NCBI RefSeq assembly: GCF_006345805.1 | Contig: NC_043000.1 | Coordinates: 123,194,001 to 123,258,000 of the forward strand | Reading direction: 5' to 3' | Length of the DNA: 64,000 nucleotides | DNA from: Octopus sinensis | Lineage: Eukaryota | Shown: one piece after another, positions 1-12,827 of the stretch | Position numbering within the stretch: position 1 is the first letter of the stretch | How the letters are laid out: every line of letters begins with the position of its first letter | Program-made: the position numbers and the translations under genes | Notes under the pieces: generated by a model | What the model was told of the DNA's origin: nothing | Seen by the model: the letters and a program-made list of their open reading frames with translations, nothing else | The model's database searches: none

Positions 1-29
1 TGATTGCAGTTTTGTGTGTGTGTGTGGTG

Positions 30-37
30 TGTGCATG

Positions 38-68
<31 letters not shown>

Positions 69-171
69 TATATATATATAATATATATATATATATATGT
101 ATGTATGTATATATACCTATATAAATATACATATATATATATATATATATATGAAGATAAATGAAAATATA

Positions 172-231
<60 letters not shown>

Positions 232-274
232 AATATGTGTATACACACATATGTATGCATAGGTGTGTGTATAT

Positions 275-343
<69 letters not shown>

Positions 344-400
344 GTTTTTGTCTATCTGTCTATATATATATGTGTGTGTGTAGATAGATAGATAGATATG
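30..400. repeat. compound microsatellite (TA)n/(GA)n/(TAGA)n
   Basis: Directly visible dinucleotide and tetranucleotide runs. Confidence 0.95.
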
Positions 401-519
401 TGAGTGTGCCTCTGTGTGTGTGTGCCTCTGTGTGAGTGTGCCTCTGTGCACGTGTGCCTCTGTGCATGTGTGCCTCTGTGCACGTGTGCCTCTGTGCACG
501 TGTGCCTCTTGTGTGTGCA
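399..519. repeat. minisatellite, ~16-bp unit TGTGCCTCTGTGCACG
   Basis: About seven consecutive variants of the unit. Confidence 0.9.
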
Positions 520-680
520 TATATTTTGTATGCATGTGCTTGTGAACATATGTATTTATATTTATGAATTTGAACATGCACAAGCATTCTCATATAAAAT
601 TATTGAGGAATTAGTGAATGCAAGCTTACGTATGTTCTCAGCCATTACAGCCCCATATTTCACTGCAATGTAGTATGGCA

Positions 681-1152
681 GTTCACACACGCACATCATA
701 TGTATATATGTTCATATATATATATATATCTATATATATATATATTTAATAAAATATTAGGGAATAAATCCAAACTTACAGGGAAAAATCAAATTTAGGA
801 TTGAATCCAATTTTATAGTAAAATATTATATTATATTAAATTAGAGATAAAACCACTATTAGGCAAATCATACAATGAAAAACTTAAGCCAATACATTAG
901 ATTATTTAATTTATATTATTTAAATATATAACAACATTATTAAAAAAGATAATTAATATAACACTACGATCGTTTCATGGCTGTTCAATTCTTAAAATTT
1001 TCGAACAGCCATGAAATGATCGTAGTGTTATATTAATTATCTTTTTTAATAATTTTGTTATATATTTAAATAATATAAATTAAATAATCTTATGTATTGG
1101 CTTAAGTTTTTCATTGTATGATTTGCCTAATAGTGGTTTTATCTCTAATTTA

Positions 1153-1209
<57 letters not shown>

Positions 1210-1268
1210 ATATATATATATATATATATATAAATATGAACATATACATATGACGAGTGTGTGTGAAC
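681..1268. repeat. large fold-back element: ~160-bp inner arms (827-986 / 1003-1162) around a 16-nt spacer, plus outer arms
   Basis: Arms read as near-perfect reverse complements (e.g. cgtttcatggctgttc / gaacagccatgaaatg). Outer arms gttcacacacgcacatcatatg / catatgacgagtgtgtgtgaac. Confidence 0.92.
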
Positions 1269-1311
1269 GGCCTATATATATATATATAAATTTGTACATT
1301 TATATATATAT

Positions 1312-4300
1312 ATCATCATCATCATTTAACGTCCACACTCCATGCTAGCATGGGTTGGACGATTTGACTGAGGGTTGGTGAACCAGATGGCTGTACCAGG
1401 CTCCAATCTTGATCTGGTAGAGTTTCTACAGCTGGATGCACTTCCTAATGCCAACCACTCCGAGAGTATAGTGGGTGCTTTTACATGCCACCGGCACGGG
1501 AGCCAGTCATGCGGTACCGGCAATGACCTTGCTGGAATCGTTTTACACATGCCACCAACACAGGTGCCAGTAAGGCGATGCTGGTAACAATCCCACTTGA
1601 TTGGTGCCTTTTACGTGCCACCAGCACAGAAGCTAGTTAGCCACTCTGGCAACGATCACGCTTGGATGGTGCTCTTAGCACCCTACTAGCACGGAGTTCA
1701 AGTGCCAGTAAGGCGACACTGGTAATGATCACACTCGAATGGTGCCTTTTATCTGCCACTGGCACAGAAGCCAGTAAGCCACTGTGTCAATGATCACACT
1801 CGTATGGTGCTTTTGCACCCCACTACTACAGATGCCAGTCATCGAATTTGATTTTGATTTTTATTTTTATTTCACTTGCCTCAACAGGTCTTCGCAAGCA
1901 GAGTTTAGTGTCCAAAGAAGGAAAAGGTACACATAAGTGGGCTGGTTATGCCCCTGGCATAGGCCACAAGGTTATGGTCTCATTTGGCTTGCCAGGTCTT
2001 CTGAAGCACAGCATATTTCCAAACGTTTCTGTCACTAGTCATTTCCTTGGTGAGGCCTAAAGTTCGAAGGTCGTGCTTCACCACTTCATCCCAGGTCTTC
2101 CTGGGTGTACCTCTTTCACAGGTTCACTCAACTGCTAGGCTGTGGTACTTTTTCACACAGCTATCTTCATCCATTCTCACCACATGACCATACCACCACA
2201 GTCGTCTCTCTTGCAAACCACATCTGCTGCTTCTTAGATCCAACTTTTCTCTCAGGGTGCTTACACTCTGTTGAGTATGCAGTCTGACATTACATATCCA
2301 TTGGATCATACTGGCTTCATTCCTTGCGAGCTTACACATGTCCTCAGCAATCACAGCCCATGTTTCACTGCCATGTAGCATGGCTGTTCATACACATGCG
2401 TCATACAATCTACCTTTTACTCTGAGTGAGAGGCCCTTTGTCACCAGCAGAGGTAAGAGCTATCTGAACTTTGCCCAAACTATTCTTATTCTAGCAGCTA
2501 CACTTTCAGCGCACCCTCCCCCGCTACTGACTTGGTCATCTAGGTAACGGAAGCTATCAACTACTTCTAGTTTTTATCCCTGGAATGTGGCAGAAGTTGA
2601 TCTCTGTGCATTTTCAGTGTTTATTACTCCCGAGCATCTGCCACATACAAAAACTATCTTCCCAGTTAGCCTTCCTTTGATATTACTGCACCTCTTATGT
2701 GTCCATAGCTTACACTGGGTACATCTTATAGAGTTTCTACCTACCCCTCTACTACAGATCGAGCAGGGCCATCTACCTGAAGGGATTTGTGGTTTGCCTG
2801 CCTTCCTACTTATTAGGACTTTGGTTTTAGCTAGGTTGCCTCTAAGGCCCTTCGATTCCAATCCTTGTTTCCACACTTGAAACTTCTCCTCTAGCTCTGA
2901 TAGTGACTCAGCAATTAGAGCAAGGTCATCAGCATAGAGGAGCTCCCAGGGGCATCATGTCTTGAATTCATCCATTATTACCTATGATAAATAGGAGGGG
3001 CCTGAGGACTGACCCTTGGTGGACCCCTACCTCTACCCTGAATTCTTCAGTGTACTCGTTGCCAACCCTCACCTTACTGACAGCATCTCTGTACATGGCT
3101 TGCACAGCTCTCACTAACTATTCATCTATCACTAGTTTCCTCATTGACCACCAGATAAGGGATCAGTGGTCAATGCTTTCTCCATGTCAATGAAAGCCAG
3201 GTATAGGGGCTTATCTTTGGCTAGGTATTTTCCTGCAGCTGTCTTACCAGAAATATAGCATCAGTGGTGCTTTTTCCCTGGGATGAAACCAAACTGCAAC
3301 TCATCCAAACTGACTCTCTCCCTAATTAGTTGGGCTATGACCCTCTAAGAGACCTTCAATACCTGATCCAACAGCTTGATACCTCTGTAATTATTTGTAT
3401 CCAAAGCGTCACCTTTATCTTTATAGCAGTTGACTATTATGCTGCTACACCAGTCATTGGGTATGACTCCTTCGTGTATCACCTGGTTAACTATGCGGGT
3501 GACTAGGCTATAGCCGATACTGCCAGATATTTTGAGCATCTCTGCAGTAATTCCTGATGGGCCGGAGGCTTTCCCTGCCTTCATACTTTTAATTGCTTTA
3601 TCTACAAAGGTACTGTCAACTCGGATAGCTGGTCCTTCTGTTGGGTCGACATTCAGCAGACTCTCTTTCTCCCATTCATTTTCTTTATTCAGCAACTTTT
3701 CATAGTGGCGTCTCCAAACCTCTCTCTTTGCAGCCTCATTTAGCGTAAGTGAACCATCATCCATGTGAACACATTTCTCTCCAACAACATCACGATTCTC
3801 TCTCACACACTGTCTTGCAACATGAAATACCTCAAGTCTTTGGTCATCACGGCGCAGAACATTGGCAAATCTTTTCTTATCTGCTTCCCCTCTGGCTAAA
3901 TAAACCTGCCTCCTGCCTTCCCCTCTGGCAGCCTGATACAATTCCCCGCTACCACTGTTCTTCCAGTCCTTCCAAGCCTGTTCCTTTTCTCTATTAGCCC
4001 TATCAACAACATTGTTCCACCACCATGATATTTTGGATTGAGAGGGGACTTTGCACCATCCATAGATCTAGTCAGTGGCCCTTAGCAGGTTGTCCCATAG
4101 AAACCTCCAGTTGTCTTCTATATCATGTGATGCTATATCTCCTTCTATTTCATCAAAGGCTTCGATTAATATGTCTCTAAATCTCTGTCCGTTTGCAGGA
4201 TCTTTAAGTCTCCAGACCCTTCTTCTTCTTGCTGGTCGTCTTTTGAGCATCCATTTAGCCCTGATCCTGAAGTCTCTAACTACCAGTCTATGTTGTAGGG

Positions 4301-4660
4301 TACATTGTTTGCCTGGGAAGGTTTTGGCATTTATAAGCAGCCATCCTTCCCTTTTTCTGGTGAGGATGTAGTCAATTTGACTAATGTGTCTGCCAGAGCG
4401 GTAGATGACTGGGTGACCTGCAGGTTTTCTGAAGTTAGTATTGCAGACCATAAAATCATTTGCATCACAGAACTCCAGCAGCCTGGTTCCCTCCTCATTG
4501 TGAGAGCCAAAACCATAGCTCCATGTATGCCATGGAAGCCCCCAACATGTCATCCAACATATCCATTGAAGTCACCAGCCACAAAGAGAAGGTCCCTGTC
4601 ATTCGTCAACGAGGTAGTCTGCAAGAGGGTGTCATAGAATCGTTGGATGAGGCGATTTAC
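1312..4660 (-). mobile_element. 5'-truncated, frameshifted RTE-clade non-LTR retrotransposon (APE endonuclease, RT, 3' UTR, (GAT)n tail)
   Basis: Minus-strand segments FVAGDFNG, GFGSHNEEGTRLLEFC...QIDYIL (APE); GPSGITAEMLK...NNYRGIKLL, LYADDL (RT); LHGSETW...RRLWWYGHVVRM (C-terminus); ends in a gatgatgat tail near 1312. Confidence 0.92.
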
Positions 4661-4664
4661 AAAC

Positions 4665-4905
4665 TTTGTCCATCATCTCATGAGGATCTTCCTCTCCCTT
4701 GGAATCTTCTTCCTATTTGTTTTGGCCTTGTGCTCTGGGACATATTTCTGGCATATGGTTTGCATAACAAACATGAAATATTCTAGTTCCATGCCAATGT
4801 CTGGTGTGGAGAGACATTTCGGCAAGTCTTGTCTGAGGATCTCTTTTTGAATTGATTTCCAATCTGCTTCCATTTGCAAATACTGATAGGGCACAGAAAG
4901 TGTGT
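4665..4905 (-). mobile_element. CR1-like LINE fragment (post-endonuclease linker) abutting the RTE
   Basis: ORF ...DWKSIQKEIL...ICQKYVP...RKKIPRERKILMR resembles the CR1-type ORF2 linker rather than RTE. Confidence 0.5.
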
Positions 4906-5045
4906 CAATAGAAAGATGGAGAAGATTCCCCTGGGGCTACAAGCTACAGTAGCATCTACCCTTAGTGGTTAGCCACATTTAAGTGGCAAATATACTTCAC
5001 ACTGTTGTGCAGTTTATACCTTGTTCAAAGATTTATTATTGCTTA

Positions 5046-5087
<42 letters not shown>

Positions 5088-5124
5088 TATATATGTCTAT
5101 ATACATATATATACATATATATTT

Positions 5125-5570
5125 ATATATTATATATAATATATAATAATGAAATTATTGTATACAGTGCTCAGGTGCACCACAACTTGTCAAAAGTGCA
5201 TATAAAGTATATGCAGTAATGTACAAAAGTCTGGAAATCGAACAGTGTATGAGTCAGATACATGCTTGCATGTGTATGGAGGGGGGGAAATCAGGTGTAG
5301 TGTTGGCAAATCTCAGGAAGCATGGAAGTTTTGAAGGATGCAGTGCTCCAACAACTAACAACTGATGCCGGCAGTCTGTTCCATGCTTCAGCAACTCTTA
5401 GCGTGATAAAATGTTTCCGAAAGTCATGGGAGCTGTACTGTTTTCTGACTTTATAAACATGTCCACGAGTGTTAGACAGGTGGAGTTTTAAAAGGTGCTC
5501 AGAGTTATTGTTTGTAAGATGGTTAATAATTTTATGGGTGTCTGCCAAGTCAGCTGCCAGACATCATAGT
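5125..5570 (-). mobile_element. CR1/L2-like LINE 3' fragment
   Basis: TRGHVYKV...RKHFITLRVAEAWNRLPASVV...FK is the typical CR1/L2 ORF2 C-terminus, followed by a 3' UTR and AT tail. Confidence 0.85.
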
Positions 5571-5675
5571 TTCAATGTGTCCATGCCCAGGGAAGTAAGG
5601 CGTTCAGGATATGGCAAATGCCTGATATGTATATATATATATATATATACATATATGTGTGTTTGTATATATATG

Positions 5676-5763
<88 letters not shown>

Positions 5764-5789
5764 GTATATAAATATATTTAAGTATCTAT

Positions 5790-5844
<55 letters not shown>

Positions 5845-6099
5845 CACACATACATGCAACAAGGCTGCAAGCAGACAAAAGAAGACTCTGTAATGGACAA
5901 AGGTGAAAGTCATTGGAAAGGTTGCAAGTAGCAACAAAAACGCTTTGACAAATAAAAACAAAACAAATGATTAACTGTTTTACCAAGATAAACAAACAAT
6001 TGATTAGTAAGTTGGATATTTAACCAACTGATTAATAACAAAGGAGTGGAATGAAACCAGTGTGTGTGTTAATTTTACTGGTATAATAACTCACCTTCA

Positions 6100-6420
6100 T
6101 CATCATCATCATCATCATCGTTTAGCGTCCGCTTTCCATGCTAGCATGGGTTGGACGGGTCAACTGGGGTCTGTGAAGCTGGAAGGCTTCGTCAGGCCCA
6201 GTCAGATCTGGCAGTGTTTCTATGGCTGGATGCCCTTCCTAACGCCAACCAATCCGCGAGTGTAGTGGGTGTTTTTTACGTGCCACCTGCACAGATGCCA
6301 GACAGAGCTGGCGAACAGCCACGAACGGATGGTGCTTTTACGTGTCACCGGCACGGGGCCAGGCGATGCTGGCAACGGACACGAATGGATGGAGCTTTTA
6401 CGTGCCACCGACGGAGCCAC
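6100..6420 (-). mobile_element. short RTE-tail copy (truncated RTE or RTE-tailed SINE)
   Basis: Same catcatcatc-gtttagcgtcc...catgctagcatgggttggacg...gtggcacgtaaaa sequence as 1312-1620. Confidence 0.85.
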
Positions 6421-6589
6421 CTTATATATATATATATACATATATACAAGATAAGAAACCTTTGCTCATATAACACAGTAAATGAATTGATTGCATCGCA
6501 ATCCTTAACATTTATGTATATACAAATGGCGGTGCCCCAGCATGGCCACAGCTCGTGAGCTGAAACTAGAATCAATCAATCAATCATAT

Positions 6590-7776
6590 ATACTAAGGTA
6601 TACACAAAAGAATCCAGAATTTTGCAATATTATTTTATTCACTTAGCTTTACATGTTTACACTTTTATCACCTTCAAAGCAATGCATTTGTCCAAATGTG
6701 TTTTCCACCATTTGAAGCAGTCCTGGAACTCTTGTGAAGTGATGCCTTTTAACACCGTTGTTTTATTCTTCACTTCTTCCACATTTGCAAAACATTCTTC
6801 TTTATGGACTTTTTTCATTTGGAGTAACAAAAAAAAAGTTGCACAGAGCAAGATTGTATGAATAGGGAGGGAGGGTGGGTAAGTGGGGTCATGCCATTTT
6901 TAGTCAAAAACTGTCTCACACTCAAGGCAATGTGTGCAGGTGGCAGGCGCATTGTCATAATGAAACCACCACTTTCTACTTTGCCACAAGTCAGGGCACT
7001 TTCATTTCACCATATTTTGCAAATGCTCCAGAACTGCCAAATACAATGTCTGGTTTACAGTTTGATCAGAAGGAACAAATTCTGTGTGGACAATTCCTTT
7101 CACATTGATGAAACAAATCAATATCCTTTTGACATTGGACTTCACTTAACACACTTTCTTGGAGTGTGGTGACATTGAATGCTTTCATTGACTTGATTGC
7201 TGCTTCATTTCCAGGATGTAGCCATAGCACCAGCTTTCATCACCAGTGATGACCTTCAAAGAAAGGTCTGGATCAACTTCCAACTGTTCTTTCAGTTCAT
7301 GACATACATTCAGTCAAGACTGCTTTTGATATTCTGTGAGCAAGTGAGGCACAAATTTTGCAGTAACTCTTCATTTGCAATTCCTCACTCCTTGGCAGGA
7401 GCTCCAGGGCATGTACATCATATCAACAAGTTCGTCAATTATTCAGCAACAGTCCTCCAAGATCAGTTCATGAATTTTCGTGAAGTTCTCTTTCATTCAG
7501 GAGTTGAACGCTCACCCTGAATGAGGTTGGTCTTCAAGCAACAAGTGACCATTCCTAAAGTTTGAAAACCACTTGTAAACTTGTGTTTTGCTCTTGATTG
7601 CATCCTTGTAAGCTGTTTGAAGCATGACAACTGTTCTGGCCACCGCTTTCCACAGCAGAAAACAGAATTTTCCGCTATTGCAAAAATCAATGAACAAAGA
7701 GTTGCATCAAGTGGATTCTAGCAACTGACTTGCCCCACAGAGGACATTTCCAGTTAGTTTTGGGTACCCCCTCATA
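6590..7776 (-). mobile_element. decayed Tc1/mariner transposon (~1.2 kb)
   Basis: Minus-strand pieces FCFLLWKAVARTVVMLQTAYKDA...TQVYKWFSNFRNG...EDQPHSG (HTH) and FANVEEVKNK...EFQDCFKWWKTHLDKCI (C-terminus). Only weakly similar TA-flanked ends. Confidence 0.85.
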
Positions 7777-7879
7777 TATATTCCAGCAGTTTAATGCTGG
7801 AAAATTTTAAGCATCATGTTTTCAGCACATAAATGTACTGCAGCCTGCATACACAGGATCTGAAAACACTGTAATCTCA

Positions 7880-8385
7880 GAGTCACAGTAACTCAGGGCT
7901 CCACATTACCAAGATGACAGCAAAGTGCATGCAACTGGCAGGTTGGATAGTAAGATCCATCAAGACAAAAGATCAAGATGTTATGTTGACCCTGTAGAGG
8001 TTCTTTGTTTTCAGCCACCTGGACTACTGCTAGAAGTGGTCCAACATCACTACACTAAAAATATTGTGATAGTGCAGCAGATGAGCTACAGAGAGATGCT
8101 CTAAAGACTATGACTTTACTCCCTGGAATGAATACATACCAGACATATAATAATCTGCATATGGATAATTCTGGAAGGGAAAGAACTAGTTTCAGCATTG
8201 AGTGCTATACAAATACCTTAATTAGATGTTGTATTGTACCAAAAGTACCTTCCACTCCATCTAATTTCCAGACCAAGTACAGCAATAGCTTAGGGTTCAA
8301 TGCCCTGCCTCAAAAATTAAGAAACCTACATAATGTAGATGTCTCCAAAAGGGAGCTAGGCATTCTTCTAGCCCAGCATGAAGAA
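7880..8385 (+). mobile_element. CR1-like LINE 3' fragment
   Basis: HITKM...LAGWIVRSIKT...SHLDYC...LYSLE...CIVPKVP...KYSNSL...NALPQKLRNL, with stops and frameshifts. Confidence 0.75.
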
Positions 8386-8394
8386 CTTTCATAT

Positions 8395-8880
8395 GTATAT
8401 CACTGCATATGTATCTCATTGCTTACCTTTCTCACCCTCTCTCCAGGGAGTAGAGCTTCAGTTCTTGCAGCCTCTTCCAGTAGCTCATCTGTGTCACTGA
8501 GTCAATCTTCTTTGTGTAATGGTGCTGGATTGTCTCAAGTTCTGCCACCAATTTGATTCTCTGCAGTGACCACAGTTGGGAGCTGTAATGCAAGATGACT
8601 GTGAACGAATGTCCACCATGGAAGTAGCAAGGTATCCATATTTCTGGTTCTGAATGATCTAAGGATCCATCCAGCTACTTGTCTGCACAATGTTGCCATC
8701 TTGGTAATATACTCATAGAATGTTGCACCATTATTCATATGGATTCCCAGATCATCATCAATTCTAACTCTGGGATCACACTGCTCCCTGGTCCTATGCA
8801 TTCCGATTGTAGTCTGTTTGTGGGCGGATGGGGGAGTGCTTGAAACTTAACAGGATTGAACTGTATGTTATTTTCATCAG
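8395..8880 (-). mobile_element. CR1-like LINE fragment, opposite orientation to its neighbour
   Basis: DLGIHM...YITKMATLCRQVAGWILRSFRTR and MSYWKRLQELKLYSLER on the minus strand. Confidence 0.8.
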
Positions 8881-9029
8881 TCTGTTTATATATATTGCAT
8901 ACAAGTCATTTTGCAGACTTAGTACAGGGTGACCACAAAAATAACAGAATCCATAAAAAAATTTATTAAATCGTACAAAGATCCAGCAAATTTCTTGAAG
9001 TTTATTGCCCTATGATTGAAGGGTACTCT

Positions 9030-9235
9030 TAAATGGTCCGGTTATGCTACAATGGCATAGGCCACGATTACAGTTTCACTTGGCTTGCTTGGGTCTTCTC
9101 AAGCACAGCATATCTCTAAAAGTTTCGGTCACTTGTCATTGCCTCTGTGAGGCCCAACGTTCGAAGGTCATGCTTCACCACTTCATCCCATGTCTTCCTG
9201 GGTCTACCTCTTCCACAGGTTTTCTCCACTGTTAG
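9030..9235 (-). mobile_element. RTE ORF-end/3' UTR fragment
   Basis: Homologous to ~1950-2140 (cccaggaagac-tgggatgaagtggtgaagca...). Confidence 0.85.
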
Positions 9236-9412
9236 AGTGATATTTATATATTATATATGTATGTATGTGTGTGTGTATGTATGTATGTATGTATGTATGT
9301 ATGCATGTATGTATGTATATATATGTGTGTATATACATATACATATATATTTATATGTTTGTATGCATGTATGCATATATATATATATATATATATATCT
9401 ATATCTATATTC

Positions 9413-9446
<34 letters not shown>

Positions 9447-9454
9447 GAATAAGA

Positions 9455-10215
9455 ATAGTCTGGGCTAAGTTCAGAGAGCTCCTACCTCTGCTGGTGACAA
9501 AGGCCTCTCGCTCAGAGTAAAAAGTAAACTGTATGATGCATATGTATGAATAGCCATGCTACATGGCAGTGAAACATGGGCTGTGACTGCCAAGGACATG
9601 CATAAGCTTGCAAGGAATGAAGCCAGTATGCTCTGCTGGATGTGTAATGTCAGTGTGCATACACGACAGTGTAAGTGCCTCGAGAGAAAAGTTGGGCTAT
9701 CAGATGTGGTGTGCAAGAGAGACAGCTGTGCTGGTATGGTCATGTGATGAGAATGGATGAGGATAGCTGCGTGAAAAAGTGTCACACTCTACAGTTGAGT
9801 GAACCTGTGGAAGAATTAGACCCAGGAAGACTTGGGATGAGGTGGTGAAGCACACCCTTTGAACATTAGGCCTCACCAAGACAATGACTAGTGACTGAGA
9901 CCTTTGGAAATATGCTGTGCTTGAGAAGACCTGGCAAGCCAAGTGAGACCATAACCTGTGGCCTATGCCAGTGATGTAACCAGCTCACTTATGTGTACCT
10001 TTCTTTCATTGGACACTAAACTCTGCTTGCAAAGACCTGTTGAGGCAAGTGAAATCGAAATCAAATTTGCTGACATGGCTGATAACAGCACTACCTGACT
10101 GGCATCTGTGCTGATGGAACATTAAGAGCACCATCCAAGCATGATCGTTACCATTGCTGCTGATTGACTCCCATGCCAGTAGCATGTAAAAAGCACCATT
10201 CGAGCATAATCATTA
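9455..10215 (+). mobile_element. RTE fragment (C-terminus and 3' UTR)
   Basis: LHGSETWAVTAKDMHKLARNEASML, followed by the same UTR as the 1312-4660 copy. Confidence 0.88.
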
Positions 10216-11345
10216 CCAGAGTAGACCCAGATTAGATGCATTTTGCCTTCATGCCAGGAAGAGGTACCACAGATGCAATCTTCCTAGTAAGGCAACTGCA
10301 GCAGAAATATTCATTGATTTGGAAAATGTATTTGACAGGATACCATGTTTAGTAGCTTGGTGGTCATGAAGGAAACTATGTGTAGACAAACAGCTTGTGC
10401 AGGCTGATGATCTAGTTCTCATAATTGAATCCATAGGAAAATTAGAGAGGAAATTCTTGGCATGGAAGCTATACTTAGAATTAAGAGATCTGAAGGTAAT
10501 CTTAACAAAGATGAAGGTTTTAATAGGTAGGAAATAAGACAACTTTATCTTCAGGGAAAGGGCCTTACTCAACATGCAGAAAAAGAATAGGTGCAAATTC
10601 TGTACACTGTACCTAATGTAAGCAATGGACCAACACGAAATTTAGTGGAGTCACAGGAGGGCTAACAGAGAATGTAAGCTTCATTTGTGATCTGTGTGCT
10701 GGAGCAGTGTATACTCAGTGGAAATAGACTCTAATAAATGCCTGAATGAGGAAGTAGTTGATAGCTTTGTTACTTAGAAGATGTAGTTAGTAAAAGAGTT
10801 AGTTGCTCTGGAAATATAGAAGCCAGAGTAAGAACATGTTTCAGAAAGTTCAAGTAACTACTACCATTGCTGTCAACAAAAATATTTTCTCTCAAAATGA
10901 AGGGCAGATTGTATGACACTTAGAAGTGAGACATTGCATGGTAGTGAATCATGGGCCTTAAATGTTGAGGACTTCAAAAGATGGGAGAGAAATTAAGCAA
11001 GCATGCTCAATTGGAGGTGCAATATAAATGTGCATGAAAGACAGTGTAGAAATGTGCTGAGAAGAAAATGGGTATGTAGGAATCAGAAGTAGTGTGCAAG
11101 AAAGAAGACTGCTCTGATACAGACATGTGATGCATACGAGTGAAAACAGTTGTGTAAAGAAGTGCTATTCACTTAATGTTTTTGGAACTTGCAGAAGGAG
11201 GAGAACCAGAAAGACATGGGATGAAGTGGTGAATGTTGGTCTCGGGACTTTGAACTTGATGAAGAAGATGATGAGAACTAGGATAACTGGCAGTATGCAG
11301 TTTTCAAGAAAACCCAACAACTTTTGCGAAACTGAGTCCTGGAAG
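10215..11345 (+). mobile_element. older decayed RTE RT/C-terminal fragment
   Basis: MPGRGTTDAIFLVRQLQ, gctgatgatcta (ADDL), Cys-rich remnant, [17 protein letters not shown]. Confidence 0.75.
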
Positions 11346-12827
11346 TGTTGTGTGTGTATATACATGCACAATGGGGCCCTTTGCCTAATTTCCTCTTCAA
11401 GACATCCCCACACATTCTTGTTTCTAACAACATATTCTTTGCACATTTGATTCTAGGCTTTACTTCCATGTCTTAAATCTCTTCCTTATCCTACTACAAT
11501 TCAGCTTTAAGAATTAGGACATCTGGTTATATAGAACTTCCCAATAGCAGCTGATCTCAAATGCTTCTATTATGACTAGAGGACTGTGATAAATAAAAGG
11601 GGACTGAGAACTGAGCCCTGGAGGACTCCTACCTTAAGTTAATTCATGACTGTACACCCAACCTGTTAAAAAAAAAAAAAACTGTGGAAAGTTTATACAT
11701 CATGTTTATACAAGATGATCATGATGAAATGACTTAGCCCTAAGATTATAACATATCTATCTATAAAATCTGATTAACCATTGAAAATTATGATTAGTTT
11801 TGAAGTCAATGTCTGATGTGTGGTGATAACATGTTATGAATTTTATTGAAATTCTTAAAGTCTGCTGGAACATTTCAGTTGGTTTGAAAATGATTATATC
11901 TATAGTTTGCTTTTAAAAGAAGTTTCTTTCAATTAAATATCCTTTACAGCTGAAAGCTTCCTAATCTTATTTTTAGATGGTTTGGTATATACCTAACCAA
12001 AACCAGTTTTATCTATTTTAAGTATCTGTGCAATTTTTGATATTAGTTCTCTCCTCTGAATTATATAATCTAGTGTCTCTTCAGGAAGCCAGTGACCTAC
12101 ATATGTGTAATGGCAATATCATTAACATACAAAGCATTTAATGTTTTATGTACAATGCACTAAAACCATGCATTCAATTAATAAGGGTTGTACAAATTAC
12201 TCTTCATTCATATTTGGCACTATTAACCTTATTGGTATACTGCTGCATGAATGCTTTAAGAATGTAACAGAAAGTATTTTGCCATCATACATTAACGTAA
12301 TAGTCACATCTGCTATTCTTCTTTACACGTACAAAAAGTATTGTTGCAATTATGAATCAAGATAGAATTCATATAATATACCCGATTTCATACCTGACCA
12401 AGTTAAATCTTCAACATAATATTGAGTCACTTGTTTCCAGTTTTCTGCATAATCATGCCCAGAGTGTTTGTTTAAGAAATTGGAAGATTATTACTTTGCT
12501 TGAAAACAAGTAGGGTTTGGCATCAAGAGGGGCTTTCAGCTCAGCTTTAGAAATCTCTACCCCATCATACTCTTGTCTGACTGATCCATGTATGCATGCA
12601 TAAAAAAGTAGAGAATAAAACAATGGTGATGATGAGGATTTTATATATATATGTGTATATATATATGGAGATGTACTTGCATAGCAAGTGACTTGATCTT
12701 AGATTGTGTACTGAAACAAAAACAATTGCAGCATGAAGGGAAAATAATTGTAAGCCATTCATGAACACACAAAAACCATTAGCATCACTTCAACATTTAA
12801 TTATCATTTGTGTTAAAATATTGTCGT

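Noticed and set aside
399-519. Regularly spaced repeats suggestive of a CRISPR array (also RTE UTR modules at 1480-1830)
   Set aside because: No unique spacers, no cas genes, and a eukaryotic intron context.
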